Shown here: positions 17,895 through 26,960 of the stretch, one piece after another
How positions within the stretch are numbered: position 1 is the first letter of the stretch
Layout: every line of letters starts with the position of its first letter
DNA from: a virus
Taxonomy: Duplodnaviria; Caudoviricetes
Virus record (IMG/VR): IMGVR_UViG_3300033076_000038
Span: 1 to 28,027 of that record
Length of the DNA stretch: 28,027 bases
Direction: 5' to 3' (one strand)
Translations under genes and position numbers: made by a program
Notes under the pieces: generated by a model
Told to the model about the DNA's origin: nothing
The model's input: only the letters and a program-made list of their open reading frames with translations
Databases searched by the model: none

Positions 17895-20330
17895 TCAGTA
17901 TGCCTTCTTGCCGTAGGCGTCAATCTTCTGCTTGCGGCCCTCACCCGAACCGGCACCGGCAGTCATGCCAAGCTTGCCGCCGTCCTTGCGGCCCGGACGC
18001 GCCCCATACCAGTCGATCTTCTGGAGGCGGCCTTCGCCAGAGCCAGCACCAGCCGTCATCGGGTTGGTGCGACCGCCGTTCTTGCGGGGCATGGGCGCGG
18101 GCATACCAGCGCCGGGGCCGCCAGCGCCGCCAGCTAGAGCCGCCAGAGCAGCCGGGGGCAGGCCAGCGGGAGCGCCCATAGCAGGCCCCATAGACGGGCC
18201 AGCGCCCGGAGGCGGCATCGGGGGAGCGCCCAGCGGGATGGGGCCACCAGCCACCGGGGGCATGGGCAGATCAGGCTTGGAGTTGATTGTGATGTTAACG
18301 ACCGGCGTCTTGCCCTTGCCACCAGACTTCATCGGCTTGGACTTCGGGTTGTTCATCTCTTCACCAAAGCCACCAAAGCCGCCGCCGCTGGCCTTGGCAA
18401 TGCGACCGCCAGACTTGCGGGCGGCACGCTCTTCCTTGGCCTCATAGGCGGCAGACTCACCAGCTTCATGGTCGTGATAAGCGCGCATGGCAGCACCGAC
18501 AGCGTGACCGATAGCCTTGTGGGCCTCATGGTCAACCTTGCCGCCGCGCTTATAGGGAGGAACATCCATGCCCTCAACAAAGGGACGATCCTCGTAAGGA
18601 TTTGCATTCCCCATTGCATCCATGCGGCGGTTCAACTCAGCGCGGTCGTATGCCTTTCTATCAAAATTTGCCTTACCCTTGGCTACTGTCGGCTCAACGT
18701 ACTCAACGCTGTCGCTCTCACCGTATGGATCACGACCGCGCAGTGCCTTGTTAATGTCATCCTCACTCATCATTGTGCCAAGAGCATTCCTAAGTGTGCG
18801 GCCAGTAATCGTGTTGTTGTAATAATCGCGCAGGAATTCATCAGCTTCATTCGCGCCGCCACCCTGCTTACCCTTGCGCAGGCCCTTGAGGGTCATCGCC
18901 AGATTGGCGCGCTTGGCAAGCTTGGGATTGTCAGACTTGGCAGCCTTTTCAAGCTTCTTGGCCGGAATCTTCTCACCCTGCGGGACACCCAGAGACTTGT
19001 GCAGCGCACCCGGCTTCTTGATGGCACCAGCAATCCAGTTCTTGTCTTCGGCCTTGCCGCCATCTTTGTAGCCAGCCATAGCGCGCATCTTGCTGGTTCC
19101 CTGACCCTGCGGGATGCCGTAGTTAACGCCGCCGTAGGGCTGCGTGCCGCCGCCGACATACTTCTTGGCGCGGCCACCGTGCTTCAGACCCTTTTCCGAC
19201 TGCTGCTTGTCGTGCTTCTCATCAAGCTTTGACTTCTCCCAAGCTTCCATCGACATGCCATGCTTCTTGGCAAGCTTCTTGTCCTGCTTGAGATCAGCCT
19301 TGGAATGCTCCCATTCCTGCTTGCTGGCCTTGCCGCCCGCCTTGCGGCCAATCCTGCCGCCATTCTTTGCGGCCTTTTCTTCGCCAGCGCCACCACCGCC
19401 GCCGCCCCTGCGGGCCTGCAGAAGCGCAATTCCCGCTTGGGTCATGGGGAAGAAGCCCTTTGCACCCTGAGCCTTCGCCCTTGCGTACCCATCCATAAAG
19501 GTTTGCGCGATGTCCTTCATAGACATTTCCGAAAATGGAGTGCCATCCGGCGCCCTTGTCCAGCCAATGCCGTCCTTGCCGCCGCCACCGGCACGCTTTG
19601 TCGTTGTGGGAGTGGTGGGCGGTGTCGTGTTCTTCGCAGGGCCAGCAGGAGCCGCCTGAACATACTGAGGCATTCCAGTGGGATTGGACATGGGCGCAGC
19701 CTTCTGGCCAGCGCCAAAGGGATTAGTGACAACGTTAGTATCAAGGCCGCCCATAGCCTTCTTGGCACGCCCGCCGCGCTTCATAGGTGCATCAGGAATG
19801 GTGTTCTTTTTTTCCTTATCCCTCTCCCTCTTGACAAAAGGATTATCCATTCCAGCAGCCGTACCAATAAGGCCCATATTGCGACCTGTAGCAAGCCCAT
19901 ATGCAGGGGAAAACGCAGCCGCAGCAGCATCAAGTCCCTTGAGCAATTTGCCACCAGAAAACTTTTTGGCGCGCCCGCCACGCTTCATGCCGCCAACATG
20001 CTTGATGCCATCGCGGCTCAAATTGGCTTCCTTCATGTCGCGGTTAATCAGGCTGTCCGCAGTAAGAGCCTTGCCGCCAGACTGGCGCTTGACGCGACGA
20101 TCCGCGCGGCCACCGCACATCTTGCCCTGAACCTTGTCATCCGCCTTGGCCTTAACCTTGCCGCCACGCTTGAACTGACGGCGGCTGATCGGGCGCATAC
20201 CCGTCTTAACATCAGCGTTAAGCGGCTCAGGAGCAGTCCAATCGGAGGAATCAACCTTCTCCTTGCCGGGAGTAATCATTCGGCTGATCTTTTCATTCAT
20301 CGCGGCCTTGGCCTGCTTGCGGTATTCCAT
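17895..20330 (-). CDS. Lys/Gly-rich mosaic protein punctuated by about 19 xxxGG motifs; putative internal head (poly)protein
   Basis: 811 aa; SD AGGAG; motifs include FKRGG, RQSGG, MKRGG x2, AKNGG, RKAGG, LKHGG, YKDGG, YKRGG, RKSGG, MKSGG, RKNGG, RKDGG. Confidence 0.85.
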   Translation of the reverse strand: MEYRKQAKAAMNEKISRMITPGKEKVDSSDWTAPEPLNADVKTGMRPISRRQFKRGGKVKAKADDKVQGKMCGGRADRRVKRQSGGKALTADSLINRDMKEANLSRDGIKHVGGMKRGGRAKKFSGGKLLKGLDAAAAAFSPAYGLATGRNMGLIGTAAGMDNPFVKRERDKEKKNTIPDAPMKRGGRAKKAMGGLDTNVVTNPFGAGQKAAPMSNPTGMPQYVQAAPAGPAKNTTPPTTPTTTKRAGGGGKDGIGWTRAPDGTPFSEMSMKDIAQTFMDGYARAKAQGAKGFFPMTQAGIALLQARRGGGGGGAGEEKAAKNGGRIGRKAGGKASKQEWEHSKADLKQDKKLAKKHGMSMEAWEKSKLDEKHDKQQSEKGLKHGGRAKKYVGGGTQPYGGVNYGIPQGQGTSKMRAMAGYKDGGKAEDKNWIAGAIKKPGALHKSLGVPQGEKIPAKKLEKAAKSDNPKLAKRANLAMTLKGLRKGKQGGGANEADEFLRDYYNNTITGRTLRNALGTMMSEDDINKALRGRDPYGESDSVEYVEPTVAKGKANFDRKAYDRAELNRRMDAMGNANPYEDRPFVEGMDVPPYKRGGKVDHEAHKAIGHAVGAAMRAYHDHEAGESAAYEAKEERAARKSGGRIAKASGGGFGGFGEEMNNPKSKPMKSGGKGKTPVVNITINSKPDLPMPPVAGGPIPLGAPPMPPPGAGPSMGPAMGAPAGLPPAALAALAGGAGGPGAGMPAPMPRKNGGRTNPMTAGAGSGEGRLQKIDWYGARPGRKDGGKLGMTAGAGSGEGRKQKIDAYGKKAY

Positions 20331-20358
20331 GTGCTGCTCCTATGGCGGATTTCTTACT

Positions 20359-22566
20359 TTAGCGTGTTTTGTTGCGGCTTACAATGGATTGTCTGGCAAG
20401 CCGCATGGCCGCGTCAATGCTGTTTCCAATACGACCGCCACGGTTCATTGTGGCGTTGTACTGGTTAAATTCAGCGATGGCAGGAGTGGCCGAAACGATC
20501 TGCGGATAATCATTGTAAAGGTAGCTATAGTCCTGCCAATCAGGCAAGGGCTGAAGATAAGTAGGCGGCACACTAGCAACCTGAGTAACAGGCGGTGTCT
20601 GCCTATTAGGCAGTATCGGACGGACAGGCCCCTGCCTAGAACCAGCGAGTCCACTCAGGTAAGCTTCGCGCTGTGCATCCGTCCATCCGCTCTGCTGAGA
20701 CGGACTTACATCGTAAGCAGGCTGCTGAGACGGAGAATAGTCACCCTGAGACGGGGATACATCTGACCCCCAGCCGGGAATATTCAACTCAGTTGATGCG
20801 GCTCTTGTCGGTGTGTTGTCGCCCATAGCAAGGGCAACTGCATTGCGGATGTCGCGCGCCTGCTGGGCCGCTCCTGTCTTGAAGGGGTTGTTGACAAACG
20901 AATTGTTGGCAACAGCAGAAGGTGCGGGCGCGGCAGAAACGGCGGGAATGCCACGGGTCGGAGAATTCGGCACATTCGGATTAACAAAACCGTAATTCTG
21001 CGCCTGAGTATTTGGCGGCGTATATGACATACCCGCAAAACCCGGAAGGCGGTCCTGTATCTTCTCGCCATACGGCATCCCGGTTTCCGGGTTGATGTTA
21101 GAAGCGGGAATGCGATCCTGCATCTTTTCGCCATATGGCAACCCGGTTTGTGGGTTAACAGAAGGCACAGCAGCGGCCTGCATCGTCGGCTCTCCGCCAA
21201 ACAGCGAGCCTACATATTCACCCGCATTCCGCGCCGTAGACCCAATGTAGTCGCCAATAGTGTTTGCTGCCGCCCTAGACGCAAAAGCAAGCTGTTCGCC
21301 AAGCGTCTGCGCGTCCAATGCGCGACCAGCTAGGCTTGGGTCTTGAGCGATTGGAGAAGGGGCTGGATACGATCCAATAGGCGTCTGCGCCACACGCGGG
21401 TCAGTAGCCGCATACGCAGCAGGCTGCGCTGTGGGGTTCCCCCTAAAACGCATAGCGGTCTGTTCAGGGCTGTAATAAGGGTCTTTTTGGATTGCCGTTC
21501 CTGCGGGAACTGACGGCCCAAGAATGTTGCTTGGAGCAGATGGAGATACTGACGGGATGTTGTATGTTTCTCTGTTGTAGCCAGAGACTCCCGGAGACGC
21601 AAACGGGGAGTTAGCCCCAATGGTATAATCTTCCTGCGGGACAGAAAGACCGCCAATGCCACGATTCGGTCCTACTGTGGGGGTCTGGGAAAAGTTAACG
21701 GCTGTCGGCTGCGCCTGCGGCACACGGTCCTGCATCTTGCCAGTAGGACGCCCGCCCACAACCGAACTGCCCTGCGCGATGCGGTCCAATGCGCCCTGAT
21801 AAGACATGGAAGACGGCGCAGTGCTGACCGGAGTACCCGGCATATTGCTTGTGCGGGGGCCAAATGTGCTGGGCGGGGTTGCCGCCATTGAAGCTTGCGT
21901 GCGCGCAGGAGCGCTTGTTGGGCCTGTAGACGTAGGACTGCTATGTAAACTCGGCCCAGTCGATACGTTTACGCGCGAAGACTCAGTGCGCGCCGGGGCG
22001 CTTGTGGGGCCGCCAGAAGGGCCGCCAGACGGTCCACCAGACGGTCCAGTTGTTTTCTGGCCCTTGTCGGAACTACCAGCGCCAGCACCAGCACCAGCAC
22101 TGCTGCTAGAGGTGCCACCAGCACCACCGGACGGTCCACCCTTGCCGCCGCCACCAAGGCCGCCAGCACCACCGGCACCGCCAGATGTGCCGCCCTTCCC
22201 ACCGCCACCAAGCCCACCGTTGCCCGATGAAGGGCCACCAGTAGGCCCACGATCTGGGCCGCTGCTACCGCCGCTGCTGGGCCTGCCCGATGAGCCTGTC
22301 CCCCTATCCCCCGCCGCAGTATCACCCGGATCAGGGAACGCCGGGATACCGTCAACCGAACGCTTGCCCTTGTAGCCGCGCTTGGCCTGCACCAGCGCCA
22401 TTTCTTCGTCGTTAAGATAGGCAAGCTTGTCTTCGGGAATGCCCGGCCCCCAATCCAGCTTGGTCGGGACGGTCTTTTTGCCCTTGGCCTTTACAGGCTT
22501 CTTGGGAACGCGAACCTTGCGCGCGACCTCAAGGGCGGCATCAACCGGAGACTTCTTCTTTGCCAT
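20359..22566 (-). CDS. Gly/Ser/Pro-rich, probably disordered protein; putative internal virion protein
   Basis: About 735 aa from ATG 22566 (just after the upstream stop); internal repeats; ends MNRGGRIGNSIDAAMRLAR. Confidence 0.8.
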   Translation of the reverse strand: MAKKKSPVDAALEVARKVRVPKKPVKAKGKKTVPTKLDWGPGIPEDKLAYLNDEEMALVQAKRGYKGKRSVDGIPAFPDPGDTAAGDRGTGSSGRPSSGGSSGPDRGPTGGPSSGNGGLGGGGKGGTSGGAGGAGGLGGGGKGGPSGGAGGTSSSSAGAGAGAGSSDKGQKTTGPSGGPSGGPSGGPTSAPARTESSRVNVSTGPSLHSSPTSTGPTSAPARTQASMAATPPSTFGPRTSNMPGTPVSTAPSSMSYQGALDRIAQGSSVVGGRPTGKMQDRVPQAQPTAVNFSQTPTVGPNRGIGGLSVPQEDYTIGANSPFASPGVSGYNRETYNIPSVSPSAPSNILGPSVPAGTAIQKDPYYSPEQTAMRFRGNPTAQPAAYAATDPRVAQTPIGSYPAPSPIAQDPSLAGRALDAQTLGEQLAFASRAAANTIGDYIGSTARNAGEYVGSLFGGEPTMQAAAVPSVNPQTGLPYGEKMQDRIPASNINPETGMPYGEKIQDRLPGFAGMSYTPPNTQAQNYGFVNPNVPNSPTRGIPAVSAAPAPSAVANNSFVNNPFKTGAAQQARDIRNAVALAMGDNTPTRAASTELNIPGWGSDVSPSQGDYSPSQQPAYDVSPSQQSGWTDAQREAYLSGLAGSRQGPVRPILPNRQTPPVTQVASVPPTYLQPLPDWQDYSYLYNDYPQIVSATPAIAEFNQYNATMNRGGRIGNSIDAAMRLARQSIVSRNKTR

Positions 22567-22567
22567 G

Positions 22568-25500
22568 TTAATACTCACTGGTTAACGCAAGTGCGTGGGA
22601 GATTGATGGATCGTTATCATAGGTATTTCCGCCTGTCACGCGGCCACCTTTGTTGAAGTCTGAGAAGCGGGCCTTCTCACGCATTTCGTCCGTTAACTTC
22701 ACGCCAAGCTGCTTGCGAGGGCCAAAAGAAGTCTGAACTTCAATAACTTCAATCTCAGGCTTGACGCCAGTCGCCCTCTTAAGAACATCCTGAACGCGCT
22801 TCAGATAGATTTTGTCGTAATAGCCGATCATGCCTTCTCCGCCAACTTTCAGGTCAAGTCCCTGAAGCGTTATCGGAGTTTCAGCAAAATCATTGGCAAT
22901 CTGTTCTTTCATGTAGTCGTTTGCTTCTCCCTTTGAGCCAAAAGAGAGTGGTTGCCCGCCATACCCATACATTGGCTCTCCATGCATAAATACGCCCCAA
23001 TCGCCATCCTCAGTCGGCGCAACGCTCATAGCGTCTTCAATTCCAGAACGGCGGGACGCCTCTTCTGCGCGGACTTTATCGCCAAGCTCCTTGCCAAGAT
23101 ATTCGTCAAGCTCATTAGGGCTGTTAACACTTTCGTTAACAACCATTTTCCCATCAGGGGCGTAAGCGACAAGACTGCCATCATCAGGATTATAGTGAAC
23201 CTTGCCTATGTGCCTACTGAGATCATAACGCTCTACATGAACCTCACCGGGCGTCCATGAAAAGTAATCGGAGCCACTATCAAGCGCCCTATCAAGCTCT
23301 TGCTTGATGGCACGATCTGTCCAAGCTTCTGTCGAAGTGACATAAGGCATCATCGGAATGTTGCCGATATTCTTACCAAGCCTTTCAATTTCGGCTTCGT
23401 TCTCTGTTATTTTTTTGCGCAATGGCTCAAGCGTCTCATATGCCGCCGCGCGGTATTGCCCGGTAAACTCCGGTTCTGGCCCCTGATAACCTTCTGCAAG
23501 ACGGTTCATCTCACCAAGTGAAATTTCGCCCTTCTTGTACTTATCGCGCAATTCATCTTCATAGCGATTACGGGCCTCAACATATGGAGCAATACGCTCA
23601 GTATGCTCGTTGTGAAGTCTGATGCCCTCGTTCTTAAGCTTAATTTGAAGCTGCCTCGTTTCTTCACGAAGACGCGCCACTTCCGCCATTGCGCGCTGGT
23701 CCCTGAAGCCACTCTTACGCCCAGACTGACCCGGATCGCTCTGGGTTTCCTCTACATTGTGAACGCGATACGGGCGATTTGCGCCCGGAGGCTCATAGGT
23801 AAGTTCACTTGTGCGGGTGTGGAACAAAACATCTGGGCTTACATCCCTCCAGTGTCCGCTTGTATACTGAGGACCATAGCTTTTCTGCGCTTGGAATACG
23901 CTGTCAAGCTCATCTTCCTTGCCAAGAAATTTAGCCAATTGATTGGCGTTAAGATTGTTAAACTTATCGGCAAATGCCCTTGCTCTTTCTTCTGTAAACC
24001 CGCCCTCAATGGCTTCCTTGTAGTTTTCATTCCATACATCTTTGCGCATTTGATCAACAAATGGCGTGTAAATATCGCGCTGCGGAAGCGCAAACAGATT
24101 TTCACGGTAATTCGTGCCACCCGGTGTTGTAAGAGTTTCGTCGTAAACACTACCGGGGCCAAATTTAGTCGCCCGCCCAAGTCCTCCAATGCTATCAACG
24201 TATTCCTGACGCATCTGGCGGCTGAGATTGTCTACTTCTCTCCCAAATTCCTCAGATTTGTTTCTTGCTTCCTGCCATTGCATCCAATTCGCGGGGGGAA
24301 TAGTCTTGTCTGGGTTCTGAAGCTTTTCCATTTCTGAAATAAACTTTATTTTTTGTTCTATAGCAGAATTTATAGGCCCCCTGTACTTTGCGCGAATTTG
24401 CTCAGGAATTTGACTGGGCAGTATGTCTTCCATGCGTGTGGGCTTGTTGCTACCGCCAAGCGTTATTTCATTTAACTGGACGCGGTTCTTGTTCAGATAA
24501 TCGACAAGCTCATCCTTGGTAACAGTCGGCTTTCCCTGCAAGAACACATCCGTGCCGGTCCAGCGCAGTTCTTCAGGCGATGTACCCTTGCGGAGCATGG
24601 CGAGCGCCTGTTCGCCAGTCATCTTGTTCATGGGGATTTCGCGGGCAACTTCCATTGCCTTGGAGAACCAGCGCGCGGGACCAGCTTCAGCTTCAGCCGG
24701 ATCAATGAAGTAATTGGCGGCACCAATGCCAGCCGCCTTAGCCATCTTTCCACCGGGGCCAAAGCCAATTGCAAGGCTCGCCGTTGTCGGGTCGCCAGTG
24801 GCAACACCTTCTGCCACATCAAGGCCAGCACCAATGGGCGCGGTCCACGGCGTGAAGTACAGCGGCACGGTCTTCAGGTCATACGCAGTCTGGGCAACGC
24901 CCGACATCGGGTTAGCGACATTGTACGGGGCCTGACCGACGCTGTACTCACCGCCAAACAGCGGCATATCAACCTTAACATCGCGCATGGGCGGGGCGCC
25001 CACATGCGTCATCTGCTGGATTTCCTGCGGCTGCTGACGAACGGCAGTCTGCAATGCTTCGTATTCCGCCACATCCCGGTCGGGAATGGCATACTTCTGC
25101 ATCATCGCATCAAATGTAGCCGGATCATCAGCGGCACGGCGACCGACCTCTTCCGGTGTCGGCCCCTGTGTAGTAGCTGCGCTGTTGCTCTTCTCCTGTG
25201 TGACTGCGGGCTGGATTGGGTTGCCCTGAGCGTCATACTGGCGGCCCTGAGCGTCTGTCAGGAATACTTGCGGAGTGTCACCGCCTTCGGCGCGGGCGAT
25301 GCGCAGCGCGTCATCAACGGCACCGCCATCAGCGTAGCCACGCTTCAGGGCCTCTGTCTTGCGGATAAGGGCCTCAATCTCAGGCTCATCCATGACCTGA
25401 AATGCGTTCGGGTCCATGCCAAAGCTGCGGCGCTTTGCCATGACATAGTTACGCGCAGGCGGATCAGCATCAAAACCACGCGAAAACTGAGTGAATACAT

Positions 25501-26953
25501 CATCGCGGCTCAAGCCTTCGGGGAGGCCGCCAACATATTCGCCGTGCATTGTCAGTGGGTAGGAACGATGCGGCGCTGTGATAATTTCGGGCTTAACGCC
25601 GGGGTTAATGCGCGCAATATTGTATCCAGCGGCTTCTGTCGGTGCGCTTACAAGCTCAGGAGTTGTCGTAACATAGCGGGCAAGAGACACATCGGGGAAG
25701 CCCTTGTCGCGCCAATACGCGCTATCCATTGCGTCAAGAAACGTCTTGCGATGCTCACCAGCGCCAGCATTTACAACGTAATTTGCGGCGTCCTTTGACA
25801 TAAGACCGGGCCAGTCCGCGAACTTTTGGCGCATAACATCATCAAATTCTTTAACGTCAGCGCGCTTAATCTTCGCGTTAGGCAACATGCCCATGACTGT
25901 CTCAGCGGTGTGCGTTGAGAAATCACCAGATTGCGGCCCCATAGCAACATAAGTGCCGTAGACCTTCGGGTATTTGTAGCCCTTGGCTTCAGAAGCTCTC
26001 AGAGCATTGTTAATGCGACCCTCAAGCTGCGGAATAACACTCTTGCCAGAAGCCCAGACGCTTTCATCAGCCTGCTGAGACGGGCCGCGCATGTAGTCCG
26101 GGCCGCCTTCTGTAATTGCCGGTGTCTCAAGTTTCTCGCCAGCGACAGATGTAATCTTGCGCCCAGTGGATGTGCGATCACCCACCAGCGGGATCATCAC
26201 ATCGCCCGGACGGAACTGTGACGGATCAAATTCTTTGCGCGGCAGAAGCTCAGTTGTCGGCTCATATTCATAGCGCCACTCTTCAAATGGCACGCGCGGT
26301 TTCTGATTAGCAAATCCGCTGAGAAGTTCCTTCGGAGTTTTACCGCCCTTGCGCGAAAGAGCCTCAATGCCCTCCTGAGCAATGCGCAAAGCCTCCTGCA
26401 TGGCTTTGCCACCACCGCCTTTGGCTACGCGCGGCCCTGTAAATGGCTGAACACCTTCCTGAAACATTTTCCACTTCTCTGGCCCGTGGATTGATTCAAG
26501 CTTTGGATCGCGCACCAGATGATTCGATTCCTGCCAGTCGCCATTTGGAAACTCACGGCGTACACGATAGCCGTAGCTCCCAGTCGGGTTTTTCGGGTTA
26601 ACGTGATAACCAGTAACGACAAAAGGCGGAAGATTGTTTTCGCGGCTATGAACAGTAGTAAATCGCGTGCCAACATCCATAGGAAGATCGCCGCGCTCCC
26701 TTAAATACTTCAGCGTTTCACCTAGCTGTTGAGAGCGCGACTTGATGTCCGACATCATGTCGGAATGGAACCCCATCAAGTTTTTTGTATCCTGAAGCGC
26801 TCCAACATTACTGGTATCTACGCCAAGACGTTTGGCTGTGTTGAGCAATTCAAGGTTCTGTGCCGCCTTCTCAGCAGCCGTAGGGCCAGCTTCTTTCAGG
26901 CCGCCTGCAACAAGCTTCAGGGCCTTCTCAACAATTTCACCCTTGCCAGCCAT
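22568..26953 (-). CDS. Large multidomain (polyvalent-type) protein, putative internal/ejected virion protein
   Basis: 1461 aa; SD GAGG; modules bounded by AKGGGG, YADGG/RAEGG and FNKGG; last module has GGTNYRE, SGHW, FHTR, VEETQSD, GMIGYYDK motifs. Confidence 0.8.
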   Translation of the reverse strand: MAGKGEIVEKALKLVAGGLKEAGPTAAEKAAQNLELLNTAKRLGVDTSNVGALQDTKNLMGFHSDMMSDIKSRSQQLGETLKYLRERGDLPMDVGTRFTTVHSRENNLPPFVVTGYHVNPKNPTGSYGYRVRREFPNGDWQESNHLVRDPKLESIHGPEKWKMFQEGVQPFTGPRVAKGGGGKAMQEALRIAQEGIEALSRKGGKTPKELLSGFANQKPRVPFEEWRYEYEPTTELLPRKEFDPSQFRPGDVMIPLVGDRTSTGRKITSVAGEKLETPAITEGGPDYMRGPSQQADESVWASGKSVIPQLEGRINNALRASEAKGYKYPKVYGTYVAMGPQSGDFSTHTAETVMGMLPNAKIKRADVKEFDDVMRQKFADWPGLMSKDAANYVVNAGAGEHRKTFLDAMDSAYWRDKGFPDVSLARYVTTTPELVSAPTEAAGYNIARINPGVKPEIITAPHRSYPLTMHGEYVGGLPEGLSRDDVFTQFSRGFDADPPARNYVMAKRRSFGMDPNAFQVMDEPEIEALIRKTEALKRGYADGGAVDDALRIARAEGGDTPQVFLTDAQGRQYDAQGNPIQPAVTQEKSNSAATTQGPTPEEVGRRAADDPATFDAMMQKYAIPDRDVAEYEALQTAVRQQPQEIQQMTHVGAPPMRDVKVDMPLFGGEYSVGQAPYNVANPMSGVAQTAYDLKTVPLYFTPWTAPIGAGLDVAEGVATGDPTTASLAIGFGPGGKMAKAAGIGAANYFIDPAEAEAGPARWFSKAMEVAREIPMNKMTGEQALAMLRKGTSPEELRWTGTDVFLQGKPTVTKDELVDYLNKNRVQLNEITLGGSNKPTRMEDILPSQIPEQIRAKYRGPINSAIEQKIKFISEMEKLQNPDKTIPPANWMQWQEARNKSEEFGREVDNLSRQMRQEYVDSIGGLGRATKFGPGSVYDETLTTPGGTNYRENLFALPQRDIYTPFVDQMRKDVWNENYKEAIEGGFTEERARAFADKFNNLNANQLAKFLGKEDELDSVFQAQKSYGPQYTSGHWRDVSPDVLFHTRTSELTYEPPGANRPYRVHNVEETQSDPGQSGRKSGFRDQRAMAEVARLREETRQLQIKLKNEGIRLHNEHTERIAPYVEARNRYEDELRDKYKKGEISLGEMNRLAEGYQGPEPEFTGQYRAAAYETLEPLRKKITENEAEIERLGKNIGNIPMMPYVTSTEAWTDRAIKQELDRALDSGSDYFSWTPGEVHVERYDLSRHIGKVHYNPDDGSLVAYAPDGKMVVNESVNSPNELDEYLGKELGDKVRAEEASRRSGIEDAMSVAPTEDGDWGVFMHGEPMYGYGGQPLSFGSKGEANDYMKEQIANDFAETPITLQGLDLKVGGEGMIGYYDKIYLKRVQDVLKRATGVKPEIEVIEVQTSFGPRKQLGVKLTDEMREKARFSDFNKGGRVTGGNTYDNDPSISHALALTSEY

Positions 26954-26960
26954 TTACGCC

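Noticed and set aside
18468-20468. 254-aa and 402-aa plus-strand ORFs
   Set aside because: Antisense shadows of the 811-aa gene.
17233-25608. Several TTAA-N8-TTAA spacings (about 17233, 20206, 23124, 25593) as CtrA boxes
   Set aside because: Spacing is 8 rather than 7 and all lie inside coding sequence.
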